A stretch of DNA of 42,953 bases from Candidatus Absconditabacterales bacterium (GCA_045643505.1 JAZUKX010000012.1:1-42953); one strand, 5' to 3'; counted from the stretch's first letter, positions 1 to 7,246 are shown. Translations and numbers: made by a program. Notes: generated by a model not told the origin, from the sequence alone.

Positions 1-121
1 TTAATATCAATAATAAACTATATGCACTAATTAATAATAGATGGGCTTGGTTTATTAGTTTTAGATACAATACTAATAACACAGTTACTGTGTATAGCTT
101 ACAATACATAACTAAATAATA

Positions 122-196
122 ATTGTAAAGTATTGTAACAATAAGATATCAAAGGCTAAAGTTTTATAATAAAAAAGCCGTTAATATATATGTAAG
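122..196 (+). repeat. ~75-nt repeat unit A (ATTGTAAA-N3-TGTAACAA ... TAAAGTTTTA ... AGCCGTTA-TATA-TATGTAAG); candidate early promoter/operator module
   Basis: Hand alignment with 346-419. Same motif order and nearly identical span (75 vs 74 nt). Confidence 0.55.
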
Positions 197-345
197 CAAT
201 CGAGCTTAAAAAACATATTGATAACTAAATAGATTGATAAGTAACTAATAATATTTTATATTATATAGTTATATAATACAATTAGATTATAATCTTTTGT
301 ATGATATCGAATAGAATAATTGAGAGATACAAACATTATATACCG

Positions 346-419
346 ATTGTAAATAAATGTAACAAATAAATAAAATAATTAAAGTTTTAAATCAATTTAG
401 CCGTTATATAATATGTAAG
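346..419 (+). repeat. ~75-nt repeat unit B, second copy of the 122-196 module
   Basis: ATTGTAAA 346-353, TGTAACAA 358-365, TAAAGTTTTA, AGCCGTTA 399-406 and TATGTAAG 412-419 align with unit A. Confidence 0.55.
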
Positions 420-845
420 ATAAAACAAACAAACAAAAGCTCATAAGAGCGTAAAGCCTTAAATGGCTCAAGAAAATTGATAGCAAATAATAGTATAGAC
501 TATCATACATAGCATAGACCCAACGCAATAGCGGTCGGACAATAGGTGAACATCTTATTAAGTGATATAAAAAACGTGCATAAGATAAAGTAACTGAATA
601 CTAACGATATAATAGTTATGGTCTTAAAAAATTCTATTCGTGAACACTTCTATTAGCTACGCAGTAGTGCGAACTTGTGACACAGATGATGGTATAGCTT
701 ATGGATAGATGATAACATAACAGGATAAGACAAAGTCTATAAGACGTACGTCCTACGGACTTAAACGTGACAATATGTTATCCTATCCTTAGAGTATAAC
801 TGAAATATGATTATATTCTAACGATAGTAAAATGGAGGATTAAAA

Positions 846-968
846 ATGATTACACTAAGAACGATTGATTGTGATTTATTAGTTGGCAAGTTTGATGATA
901 TGGACGAGGTGTTGGACTATATCAAAGAGTCACAACTATATGATGGGAATAATACATATATAGACTAA
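846..968 (+). CDS. hypothetical small acidic protein (40 aa, MITLRTIDCDLLVGKFDDMDEV...)
   Basis: Below the ORF-track length cutoff. ATG follows the GGAGGA RBS (835-840). Hand-translated 40 codons to TAA. Confidence 0.6.
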   Translation: MITLRTIDCDLLVGKFDDMDEVLDYIKESQLYDGNNTYID

Positions 969-1021
969 TATATATTAACTCATTAAAACGTGTATAAGAA
1001 TAAAACGGAGGATTATATAAA

Positions 1022-1318
1022 ATGAGATTAAACTTTTTTATAGGTTGTAACGACAAAGACACACACGCAATCAAGATAAACAAAGAATATTGCTTTGAAA
1101 TAATAGTTAATACATTTGATAGATACTTTGATAGTTATACAATACAAGAGTGTTATGGAATTTATAAGGGTGAATTAGAACAAAGTTATCAAGTATCAAT
1201 ACTATGTGATGATTATAATTTCGATATGATAAGACAATTATGTGATATTTTAAAAGATAAACTCAATCAAGAGTGTATCGGATTTGAAGTAATAAAAAAT
1301 CATTATAATTTTATTTAA
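1022..1318 (+). CDS. hypothetical protein
   Basis: ORF track; GGAGGA RBS 8 nt upstream; tight spacing to neighbouring genes. Confidence 0.8.
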   Translation: MRLNFFIGCNDKDTHAIKINKEYCFEIIVNTFDRYFDSYTIQECYGIYKGELEQSYQVSILCDDYNFDMIRQLCDILKDKLNQECIGFEVIKNHYNFI

Positions 1319-1328
1319 TGGAGGTAAT

Positions 1329-1508
1329 ATGATAACTTTAATTGATGAGGATAGAATGATATTAAAAAACTATGACAATTTATTTCAAGTTAAAACTAAT
1401 GAATTAAGTCATTACATAGTCGATTGGAATTTATCATTAGACAATAAACCTATAATAAATTTCTTCACATTAGAAATGGATAGTGCATACAATAGTGATA
1501 TAATATAA
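1329..1508 (+). CDS. hypothetical small protein (59 aa, MITLIDEDRMILKNYDNLF...)
   Basis: Hand-called. GGAGGT RBS then ATG 1329; 60 codons to TAA 1506-1508; fills the gap between track ORFs. Confidence 0.65.
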   Translation: MITLIDEDRMILKNYDNLFQVKTNELSHYIVDWNLSLDNKPIINFFTLEMDSAYNSDII

Positions 1509-1527
1509 TAAACGGAGGTATAATAAA

Positions 1528-1893
1528 ATGACATCTAAAAAAAAATGGTTGAATTCAACAGGCACATGTAGTATAGTTGATGGTGAATACTTTAGTTATG
1601 GACAGCAAATGACAGCAACTTACAAAGGATATAGACTATTTGATAGTGGATTTTGGTCTAGAACTACTCGTAAACATCAATATATTATTAGAAAATATAT
1701 AGGACATCATACAATAGATTTAGAATATGCAGACTTTAATAATGGTGCTGAGTATTCTATTAAAAAAGAAATAGATAATCTAACATATGAATTAGAAGTA
1801 AGACACGGCAAAAGAAAAACTGAACATAACAAGGCAGTTATTGAAGGATTAGAAAAAAGAATAGCAAGATTACAAGGACTATTAGAGGAGTAA
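1528..1893 (+). CDS. hypothetical protein with WSRTTRKHQ motif and C-terminal coiled coil
   Basis: ORF track; GGAGGT RBS. Shares a (T/E)TRKH motif with the next gene. Confidence 0.8.
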   Translation: MTSKKKWLNSTGTCSIVDGEYFSYGQQMTATYKGYRLFDSGFWSRTTRKHQYIIRKYIGHHTIDLEYADFNNGAEYSIKKEIDNLTYELEVRHGKRKTEHNKAVIEGLEKRIARLQGLLEE

Positions 1894-1898
1894 TTATA

Positions 1899-2333
1899 AT
1901 GAGTAATACTTTTACATATGATAACAATGAAGATATTAGAAAATATGTAGATAAATATAAGTTTGATGTAAAGGACTTCAAGGATATATTTATTAACTGT
2001 GAATACTACGAAACTAGAAACTCATGGGGTCATAGAGGAGGTGTAAGAATACCTACTCAATACTCTTGTGTAGTAGAACGCAAGATAAGATATTACAATA
2101 GAACATGGGAGTGCTACACATATCAAACATTACTAATGAATTTATTAGATGATTACGCAACGTATCTAACCGACATAGATTATCATAAAGTATTATTCCT
2201 AGAAGATAATGAATTAAAGGACTTTAAAGAATTGAAACGTAGTGAATTCTTAAAGAAATATACTTGGTGTGGTGCTGGTAATTATAGAGAAACTAGAAAA
2301 CACTTAATAAGAATTAATGAAATAGAAAAATAA
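1899..2333 (+). CDS. hypothetical protein (C-terminal YRETRKHLI motif)
   Basis: ORF track; GAGGAG RBS; followed by two terminators. Confidence 0.8.
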   Translation: MSNTFTYDNNEDIRKYVDKYKFDVKDFKDIFINCEYYETRNSWGHRGGVRIPTQYSCVVERKIRYYNRTWECYTYQTLLMNLLDDYATYLTDIDYHKVLFLEDNELKDFKELKRSEFLKKYTWCGAGNYRETRKHLIRINEIEK

Positions 2334-2365
2334 TATACTCTCTCGTTTTTATGCATGTAAGTAAT

Positions 2366-2394
2366 GGGAGGTGTAATCCATCTCCCTTTTTCTT
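2366..2394 (+). terminator. intrinsic terminator T1 (GGGAGGTG / CATCTCCC stem + TTTTTCTT)
   Basis: Stem GGGAG 2366-2370 pairs with CTCCC 2382-2386 and extends by GTG/CAT. T-run 2387-2391. Confidence 0.7.
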
Positions 2395-2443
2395 ATTTAA
2401 AACGAGATAACAAAAGCTTATATTTAGTTTTCACTTCTTTCTA

Positions 2444-2472
2444 AGGGTAGTTAATCTACCCTTTTTCTTTTT
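2444..2472 (+). terminator. intrinsic terminator T2 (AGGGTAG ttaat CTACCCT + TTTTCTTTTT)
   Basis: Perfect 7-bp stem, 5-nt loop and T-run seen directly. Confidence 0.75.
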
Positions 2473-2527
2473 CGCAACAAAGAGAGAATTGATTTAATGA
2501 TTACAATTTAATGGAGGATAATTAACA

Positions 2528-2734
2528 ATGACTACTACTGAATTTCAACAACTAAGCAACTATGAAAAACTATTAAAGACAGCTGATAGCTTTAGATATA
2601 GTCAAGGGTATTACGGCAGATTATACGAAGCATTACAAGATATGGATAGCAATAGTATCGCAGACTTAAATGACATTGAAAGTTTGTATAGTGCTAAAGA
2701 TATGCTAGATGTAGTAATGTATTTGGAGGGATAA
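2528..2734 (+). CDS. hypothetical protein
   Basis: ORF track; GGAGGA RBS. Confidence 0.8.
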   Translation: MTTTEFQQLSNYEKLLKTADSFRYSQGYYGRLYEALQDMDSNSIADLNDIESLYSAKDMLDVVMYLEG

Positions 2735-2735
2735 A

Positions 2736-2912
2736 ATGAATACTTTATTAACTGAAACAATTAACAATAGAGAAATATTAATTAACTTAGATAATGTATC
2801 ATGTTTTATTAGAGTAGATAATAAAGAAACATTAGTATGTTTTAATGATGATAGCGACCAAGCTATCAAAGAAGAATTTGATGATATAGTTAGTATGTTA
2901 CACGGAGATTAA
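2736..2912 (+). CDS. hypothetical small protein (58 aa, MNTLLTETINNREILINLD...)
   Basis: Hand-called. GGAGGG RBS; ATG 2736; 59 codons to TAA 2910-2912. Confidence 0.65.
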   Translation: MNTLLTETINNREILINLDNVSCFIRVDNKETLVCFNDDSDQAIKEEFDDIVSMLHGD

Positions 2913-2913
2913 G

Positions 2914-3054
2914 ATGATAGAATTCAATCAAGAGAATAGAGATGAGATGGTAAGACTATTATATTTTCTTCAAGATAATATGTATATTAAATTATTATGT
3001 AATCACTTTGATGATATACTAGATGAGTTTGATAATTTAGATGGGAGTATTTAA
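2914..3054 (+). CDS. hypothetical small acidic protein (46 aa, MIEFNQENRDEMVRLLYF...)
   Basis: Hand-called. GGAGA RBS; ATG 2914; TAA 3052-3054. The next gene starts at 3057. Confidence 0.6.
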   Translation: MIEFNQENRDEMVRLLYFLQDNMYIKLLCNHFDDILDEFDNLDGSI

Positions 3055-3056
3055 TT

Positions 3057-3314
3057 ATGTATCATGTTATGCAAAAGTTATGTGACACTTTAGATGGCTG
3101 GAACTTTCATAGTTATAAAAATCAAGATAAATATGGTGATGATATTTTATTTGATTTCTATACAAAAGATGGGAGTGCTATATTAACAATGAAATATAGT
3201 AATGGTACAATAAGTATAACAAATGATGTTGAATACTGGAATGAAAAACATTATACAGATTATGAAAATATAACATTAAACGAATACAATGAAAGATTAA
3301 AGGAGGATAATTAA
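3057..3314 (+). CDS. hypothetical protein
   Basis: ORF track; GGGAG upstream. Confidence 0.75.
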   Translation: MYHVMQKLCDTLDGWNFHSYKNQDKYGDDILFDFYTKDGSAILTMKYSNGTISITNDVEYWNEKHYTDYENITLNEYNERLKEDN

Positions 3315-3316
3315 TT

Positions 3317-3460
3317 ATGACAGTATCAGAATTAAAAGGCATACTAGACGACTTTGATGATAATTGTGAAGTATATATTGATAACTCTAATACTCCTATA
3401 AGGGATGTATTTGGTGGGTTTAATGAGGATGATGAAGAATTTATGTTAATAGTAACATAA
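3317..3460 (+). CDS. hypothetical small acidic protein (47 aa, MTVSELKGILDDFDDNCEVY...); paralog-like to 5286-5456
   Basis: Hand-called. GGAGGA RBS; ATG 3317; TAA 3458-3460. The N-terminal MTVxEL pattern is shared with 5286-5456. Confidence 0.65.
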   Translation: MTVSELKGILDDFDDNCEVYIDNSNTPIRDVFGGFNEDDEEFMLIVT

Positions 3461-3473
3461 GGAGAATACATAG

Positions 3474-3788
3474 ATGATAGAATACACAGCAATAAAACAT
3501 AGTGATAATCAATTAGTAATAACAATGAATAATAATTGTAAAGAATTATTAAATAATATTGACTTTGATTTTGAAATTATTAATAAAGTATGGTACGCAC
3601 ATGATGGATATGAAACTATGGGTTATCCTTTTGAACCACCATTAGCTTTCGGAGATATAGATTATGAAGTAACATTACAATTCAAATCAGAATATGATAG
3701 AGAATTCTTTGATTATATCTTTGATAAACATTGTACTAATGTAGATAAATTAGAATACAGCTATAAAACATTGGAGGTTGCAGTATAA
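3474..3788 (+). CDS. hypothetical acidic protein
   Basis: ORF track; AGGAGA RBS. Confidence 0.8.
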   Translation: MIEYTAIKHSDNQLVITMNNNCKELLNNIDFDFEIINKVWYAHDGYETMGYPFEPPLAFGDIDYEVTLQFKSEYDREFFDYIFDKHCTNVDKLEYSYKTLEVAV

Positions 3789-3943
3789 TGAAAAGTAACA
3801 TAGAATTAATAATGGAGATAGTCCATTTAAAACACGAACATAAGTTAAGTGATAGCGATTTATTAGATACATTCATGGCTTATGCTGATAATAAATTACT
3901 TAATGACATAGTTAATTTTATTAAATCAGAAGTGGAGGATTAA
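3788..3943 (+). CDS. hypothetical small protein (51 aa, MKSNIELIMEIVHLKHEHK...)
   Basis: Hand-called. TAATG overlap with the previous stop; 52 codons to TAA 3941-3943. Confidence 0.6.
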   Translation: MKSNIELIMEIVHLKHEHKLSDSDLLDTFMAYADNKLLNDIVNFIKSEVED

Positions 3944-3951
3944 TATTTAGA

Positions 3952-4026
3952 ATGATTACTACAATAATATTAATAGCAATAACAATAGTATTTGTTAATA
4001 TATTTAATGACATAGCATATAGATAA
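3952..4026 (+). CDS. 24-aa hydrophobic micropeptide (MITTIILIAITIVFVNIFNDIAYR)
   Basis: Hand-called. GGAGGA lies 12 nt upstream; single predicted TM-like stretch. The short length keeps this uncertain. Confidence 0.4.
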   Translation: MITTIILIAITIVFVNIFNDIAYR

Positions 4027-4038
4027 GGAGTAATAATA

Positions 4039-4470
4039 ATGAAAACATTATTCAAACAATTAGATGAATTATATTTTGAAATAGATAAATACTTCTATGA
4101 TGAGCTAACTGATTATGAAAAAGGTGTTAAGGATATTCTTAATATGTTAGATGTAAGAATGTCAGGTAATAATGAGAATGAAACTTATGATTATATTATG
4201 AATGAGATAAAGCAACATCATGGTTTTAATTATGAATATTATTATCAAATAGATTATATAGATGAAGATGGTCTTGCTACATATATTGACACATATAATG
4301 ATGATGAAAGAAGTAAAGCATTGTATGATTTAAGGATATTAAATGTGGCTAATATATGTCTGCATACTACTACTAAATATGTCTTAGATAGATATAGATA
4401 TAAATTAGATACAGAGGGTAAAGTAATAGATGATACTGATGAGATTATAGAAAAAGATATAAAGGAGTAA
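4039..4470 (+). CDS. hypothetical, strongly acidic, Tyr-rich early protein (DNA-mimic candidate)
   Basis: ORF track; AAGGAG RBS; roughly a quarter of residues are D/E by eye. Confidence 0.8.
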   Translation: MKTLFKQLDELYFEIDKYFYDELTDYEKGVKDILNMLDVRMSGNNENETYDYIMNEIKQHHGFNYEYYYQIDYIDEDGLATYIDTYNDDERSKALYDLRILNVANICLHTTTKYVLDRYRYKLDTEGKVIDDTDEIIEKDIKE

Positions 4471-4473
4471 TTA

Positions 4474-4713
4474 ATGAACGAGCATATAGTAAATGGAGTT
4501 TGGATAGATAAAGTTACAGTTGTATATCTTGATTGTGACAAGATGGAAGAAGTTAACATGATAACTGGAATAGATACATTACATGAAGTAAACTTTGTAG
4601 ATAAATCAGAGTTTGAAGATAAAGAAGAATTAAGGAGATATGTAGATAAAGTTGTATTAAATTCTATAATGAATAAAGATATAGATTATGTAGTATTCAG
4701 ATTAGATATATAA
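4474..4713 (+). CDS. hypothetical protein
   Basis: ORF track; AAGGAG RBS. Confidence 0.8.
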   Translation: MNEHIVNGVWIDKVTVVYLDCDKMEEVNMITGIDTLHEVNFVDKSEFEDKEELRRYVDKVVLNSIMNKDIDYVVFRLDI

Positions 4714-4723
4714 GGAGTTAGTT

Positions 4724-4870
4724 ATGGAAGTTCAAATAAATTTTAGAGTACTACCTCATAACTATAAAGAATATGAGAGTGCGTTAGAAAATTTCTTGAA
4801 TGACTTAGATAGTATATTAGATATGACTAAAGAAAGTATAGTCGTGGAGGAACATGATGAACTTGACTAA
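4724..4870 (+). CDS. hypothetical small acidic protein (48 aa, MEVQINFRVLPHNYKEYES...)
   Basis: Hand-called. AAGGAG RBS; ATG 4724; TAA 4868-4870. Overlaps the next gene's start by 17 nt. Confidence 0.55.
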   Translation: MEVQINFRVLPHNYKEYESALENFLNDLDSILDMTKESIVVEEHDELD

Positions 4871-5276
4871 GAACTTTACATTAGAAGAATTAACTTATAG
4901 TGCAACAGCTAATGCTTATAAGATATCTAATAAACCTAATGCAGAACAAATAGAAAACTTAAAGAGATTAGCTATTAATATACTTCAACCTATCAGAGAT
5001 AAATTCGGAGTGGTAGGAATATCAAGTGGATTTAGAAGTGTAAGATTAAATGAAAAGGTTAATGGTAAACCTAATTCACAACATAAAACTGGAGAAGCAG
5101 CTGATATTGGATATGTTAAAGGAACTAGATTAAAAGATGTGTTCAAGTATATTAAAGATAATTTAGATTACGACCAGTTATTATATGAAATAGCTGGAGG
5201 AGTTATTTGGATACATGTTAGTTATGTTAGTAAAGAAAAGAACAGACATCAAGCAATAGATAATTATAAAGTATAA
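4854..5276 (+). CDS. zinc peptidase, Peptidase_M15 (VanY / small phage endolysin-like)
   Basis: SGFRS ... NSQHKTGEAAD ... WIHVS matches the His/Asp/His zinc-site layout of M15 cell-wall peptidases. GGAGGA RBS. The start could be 4857. Confidence 0.75.
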   Translation: MMNLTKNFTLEELTYSATANAYKISNKPNAEQIENLKRLAINILQPIRDKFGVVGISSGFRSVRLNEKVNGKPNSQHKTGEAADIGYVKGTRLKDVFKYIKDNLDYDQLLYEIAGGVIWIHVSYVSKEKNRHQAIDNYKV

Positions 5277-5285
5277 GGAGGATTA

Positions 5286-5456
5286 ATGACAGTACAAGAA
5301 TTACTAGAAGAATTAAATAGAATAAATCCAGAAGTAGATGTTATAATAAATAACAAATGCACTATTAAATCTATAAATGTAATATACGAAGAAGGTATTG
5401 GTATATCATATATTAGTTTAAACAACAATGAGGAGGGCAATAGTGATAACGACTAG
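5286..5456 (+). CDS. hypothetical small protein (56 aa, MTVQELLEELNRINPEVDV...); paralog-like to 3317-3460
   Basis: Hand-called. AAGGAGGA RBS; ATG 5286; TAG 5454-5456. Confidence 0.65.
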   Translation: MTVQELLEELNRINPEVDVIINNKCTIKSINVIYEEGIGISYISLNNNEEGNSDND

Positions 5457-5739
5457 ACGTAAAGTAATTAATGATAGTTTAATTACACAGGATATATACG
5501 ATAAATTAATTAATAAAATATTTATTGAACTTCAAGATAAAGAAGTAACACAAAGTAATATAATAGATGTATTACTTCCATTAAACATATGTAATCAAAC
5601 GATAGCTAGAATAGTAAATGATTTAATCCCAACAGCTAAGGCAACTGGAGGTAGTATAGCTTCAATGATTAGATACAAGATGAAACCTAAGAAGAATGAT
5701 TTATTAGATGAATTAATGAATGAGTTGGAGGAATTTTAA
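5443..5739 (+). CDS. hypothetical protein with a possible HTH (NICNQTIARIVNDL)
   Basis: ORF-track frame 5428-5739, trimmed to GTG 5443, which sits 5 nt after AGGAGGG (5431-5437). ATG 5428 has no RBS. Confidence 0.65.
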   Translation: MITTRRKVINDSLITQDIYDKLINKIFIELQDKEVTQSNIIDVLLPLNICNQTIARIVNDLIPTAKATGGSIASMIRYKMKPKKNDLLDELMNELEEF

Positions 5740-5741
5740 AT

Positions 5742-5843
5742 ATGTATAGCTTTCAATTATTAGTTTTACTTGGTATGATATCAATTACAATAGCTTGTAT
5801 GTTTATTATACTTTTGATACTAGATATTATAGGAGTTATTTAA
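5742..5843 (+). CDS. 33-aa hydrophobic membrane peptide (MYSFQLLVLLGMISITIACMFIILLILDIIGVI); holin-like candidate
   Basis: Hand-called. GGAGGA RBS; ATG 5742; TAA 5841-5843. Lies between two cell-wall hydrolase-like genes. Confidence 0.5.
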   Translation: MYSFQLLVLLGMISITIACMFIILLILDIIGVI

Positions 5844-5844
5844 T

Positions 5845-6012
5845 ATGGGTTTATATGAATGTGAACATTGTAAAGGGTGTCGCAATCAGGCTAAGATGAG
5901 ATGGATGGGTAAAACAATAGTTCAATGTCTTTGCGATATGCCTAATCCTAGTAGATGTGCATTACGAAAGGAGGTACGATATGTCGGACATACTGAACCT
6001 AAACGAACTTAA
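5845..6012 (+). CDS. Cys-rich small protein (55 aa, CEHCKGC ... CLC ... C), probable zinc binder
   Basis: Hand-called. AGGAG RBS; ATG 5845; TAA 6010-6012. Confidence 0.5.
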   Translation: MGLYECEHCKGCRNQAKMRWMGKTIVQCLCDMPNPSRCALRKEVRYVGHTEPKRT

Positions 6013-6529
6013 AACACTTATACACAAAGGAGATACAGGGTTATTATTCTGTATTGGTAAAAGTTTAATAAGTCAGATAATAAGAGCTAAGACTAGATTA
6101 GATACAAATGAGATAGTACCTAGTCACGTTGCATTAATAGTTAATGGTGAATTCTTGTACGAAAGTACAAGCAACTCAGCTAAGCTAGGCAATAAACGAA
6201 TTCCAGCTGGAGTTAGGAGAATGTTATTAACAGACTTCTATAAGTTAGAGAAGTTAAAAGAAACTGAATATTATTTTTATCCTTGTGAATTAAATACAAA
6301 GGATTTAGAAAAGTATGTTCACTTCCCTTATGGTATAGATAGTATAGTTGACTTCGTATTAAAAGATGGAAGTGATGGGGTTAGTCGAGGATTAATTTGT
6401 AGTCAATATGCAAACAAGGTTGCACACATTATGGATAATCCTTGTCCTTCCCCAGCGGTATTATATAGATATGTTAGAAGTTCGGAGGATTTATTTGACT
6501 ATGAAAATATACAAGATGAAATTAATTAA
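5981..6529 (+). CDS. permuted papain-fold (NlpC/P60-like, YiiX/C92-type) hydrolase candidate
   Basis: His (VPSHVALIV) precedes a C-terminal Cys (LICSQYANKV), the order typical of permuted papain-like amidases. Track start 5957 (GTG) trimmed to ATG 5981, which follows AAGGAGG. Confidence 0.5.
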   Translation: MSDILNLNELKTLIHKGDTGLLFCIGKSLISQIIRAKTRLDTNEIVPSHVALIVNGEFLYESTSNSAKLGNKRIPAGVRRMLLTDFYKLEKLKETEYYFYPCELNTKDLEKYVHFPYGIDSIVDFVLKDGSDGVSRGLICSQYANKVAHIMDNPCPSPAVLYRYVRSSEDLFDYENIQDEIN

Positions 6530-6653
6530 TGACACTCTAGTTGCTTATGAGGTTATGGATAAAATGCCTAACAAAATAAATAATGAATTTATTTATGCAA
6601 CTGAAAAAGAATTAGAGAAAGTTAAGAATGTAGATTATAGTAGATTATTATAA
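6501..6653 (+). CDS. hypothetical small protein (50 aa)
   Basis: 3' part of track ORF 6408-6653. The in-frame ATG 6501 follows GGAGGA (6484-6489). The upstream part overlaps the previous CDS and is probably not translated. Confidence 0.5.
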   Translation: MKIYKMKLINDTLVAYEVMDKMPNKINNEFIYATEKELEKVKNVDYSRLL

Positions 6654-6746
6654 CTACTTCGGACACTAGCGTTTTGAAATTGAGCTTCAGGTATTTTTGA
6701 GTTTGTTTAGATTTGTAACAAAATATTTAAAAATGAATACCCCTAG

Positions 6747-6775
6747 TTGAATTTTAAAATAATTTATTTTATAAT
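6747..6775 (+). promoter_or_regulatory. sigma-A/sigma-70-type promoter (TTGAAT-17-TATAAT)
   Basis: -35 at 6747-6752, exact 17-nt spacer, -10 at 6770-6775, in a 275-nt intergenic gap. Confidence 0.65.
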
Positions 6776-6827
6776 ATAGATATACACTAAAATACTTATC
6801 CTTTTATGTTATTACGCATAACCAATT

Positions 6828-6880
6828 GGGAGAGGGTTTTGCCTCTTAAAACGGAATTTTACCTCTCCCTTTTTCTTTTA
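6828..6880 (+). terminator. leader terminator T3 (GGGAGAGG ... CCTCTCCC + TTTTTCTTTT) between the promoter and gene 6929
   Basis: 8-bp GC-rich stem (6828-6835 / 6862-6869), 26-nt loop, T-run from 6870. Lies about 50 nt downstream of the promoter. Confidence 0.6.
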
Positions 6881-6928
6881 ACATAATAGGATATAGTAAA
6901 GGATAAACATAACAAGGAGGAATGATAT

Positions 6929-7246
6929 ATGTCAGACAAAATTACAGTTAAATGTTCTAAATGTGGTAAAGATTATGAAGTTGACGAAAAGTTAGCTAGT
7001 TGGTGCGAAAAGAATAATAAACCATTAGTTTGTCAAGATTGCTTTAAATCTGGCGGTACAACCAAAAAAGCTCCAGCTAAATCTTCTAATACCTCAATAG
7101 CTAAAACTTCTAAAGCAGATGTATCAGCTGCTATGTTTAGAAAAGCTTATGATGAATTAGTTGCTGAATTTTCTGATATTAAAGAAGAAGTAGCTCCGTA
7201 TCTAGGAGGATGGGCTTCAACAATAGTTATTAACAGAAGTAGATAA
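6929..7246 (+). CDS. zinc-ribbon protein (CSKCG ... CQDC) with a low-complexity linker
   Basis: ORF track; AAGGAGG RBS; two CxxC pairs. Confidence 0.8.
   Translation: MSDKITVKCSKCGKDYEVDEKLASWCEKNNKPLVCQDCFKSGGTTKKAPAKSSNTSIAKTSKADVSAAMFRKAYDELVAEFSDIKEEVAPYLGGWASTIVINRSR

Noticed and set aside
3178-3525. Minus-strand ORF (115 aa). The same applies to the other minus-strand track ORFs: 4254-4559, 13774-14052, 20097-20342, 27208-27414, 29269-29481, 31213-31473, 32152-32358, 33751-34011, 35175-35366, 36295-36480 and 37233-37529.
   Set aside because: All lie antisense to well-supported + strand genes (27208-27414 and 35175-35366 also extend into intergenic promoter regions). They have no RBS and have the Ser/Ile/Leu-rich low-complexity composition typical of antisense frames in AT-rich DNA. 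No minus-strand promoter or terminator signals were seen.
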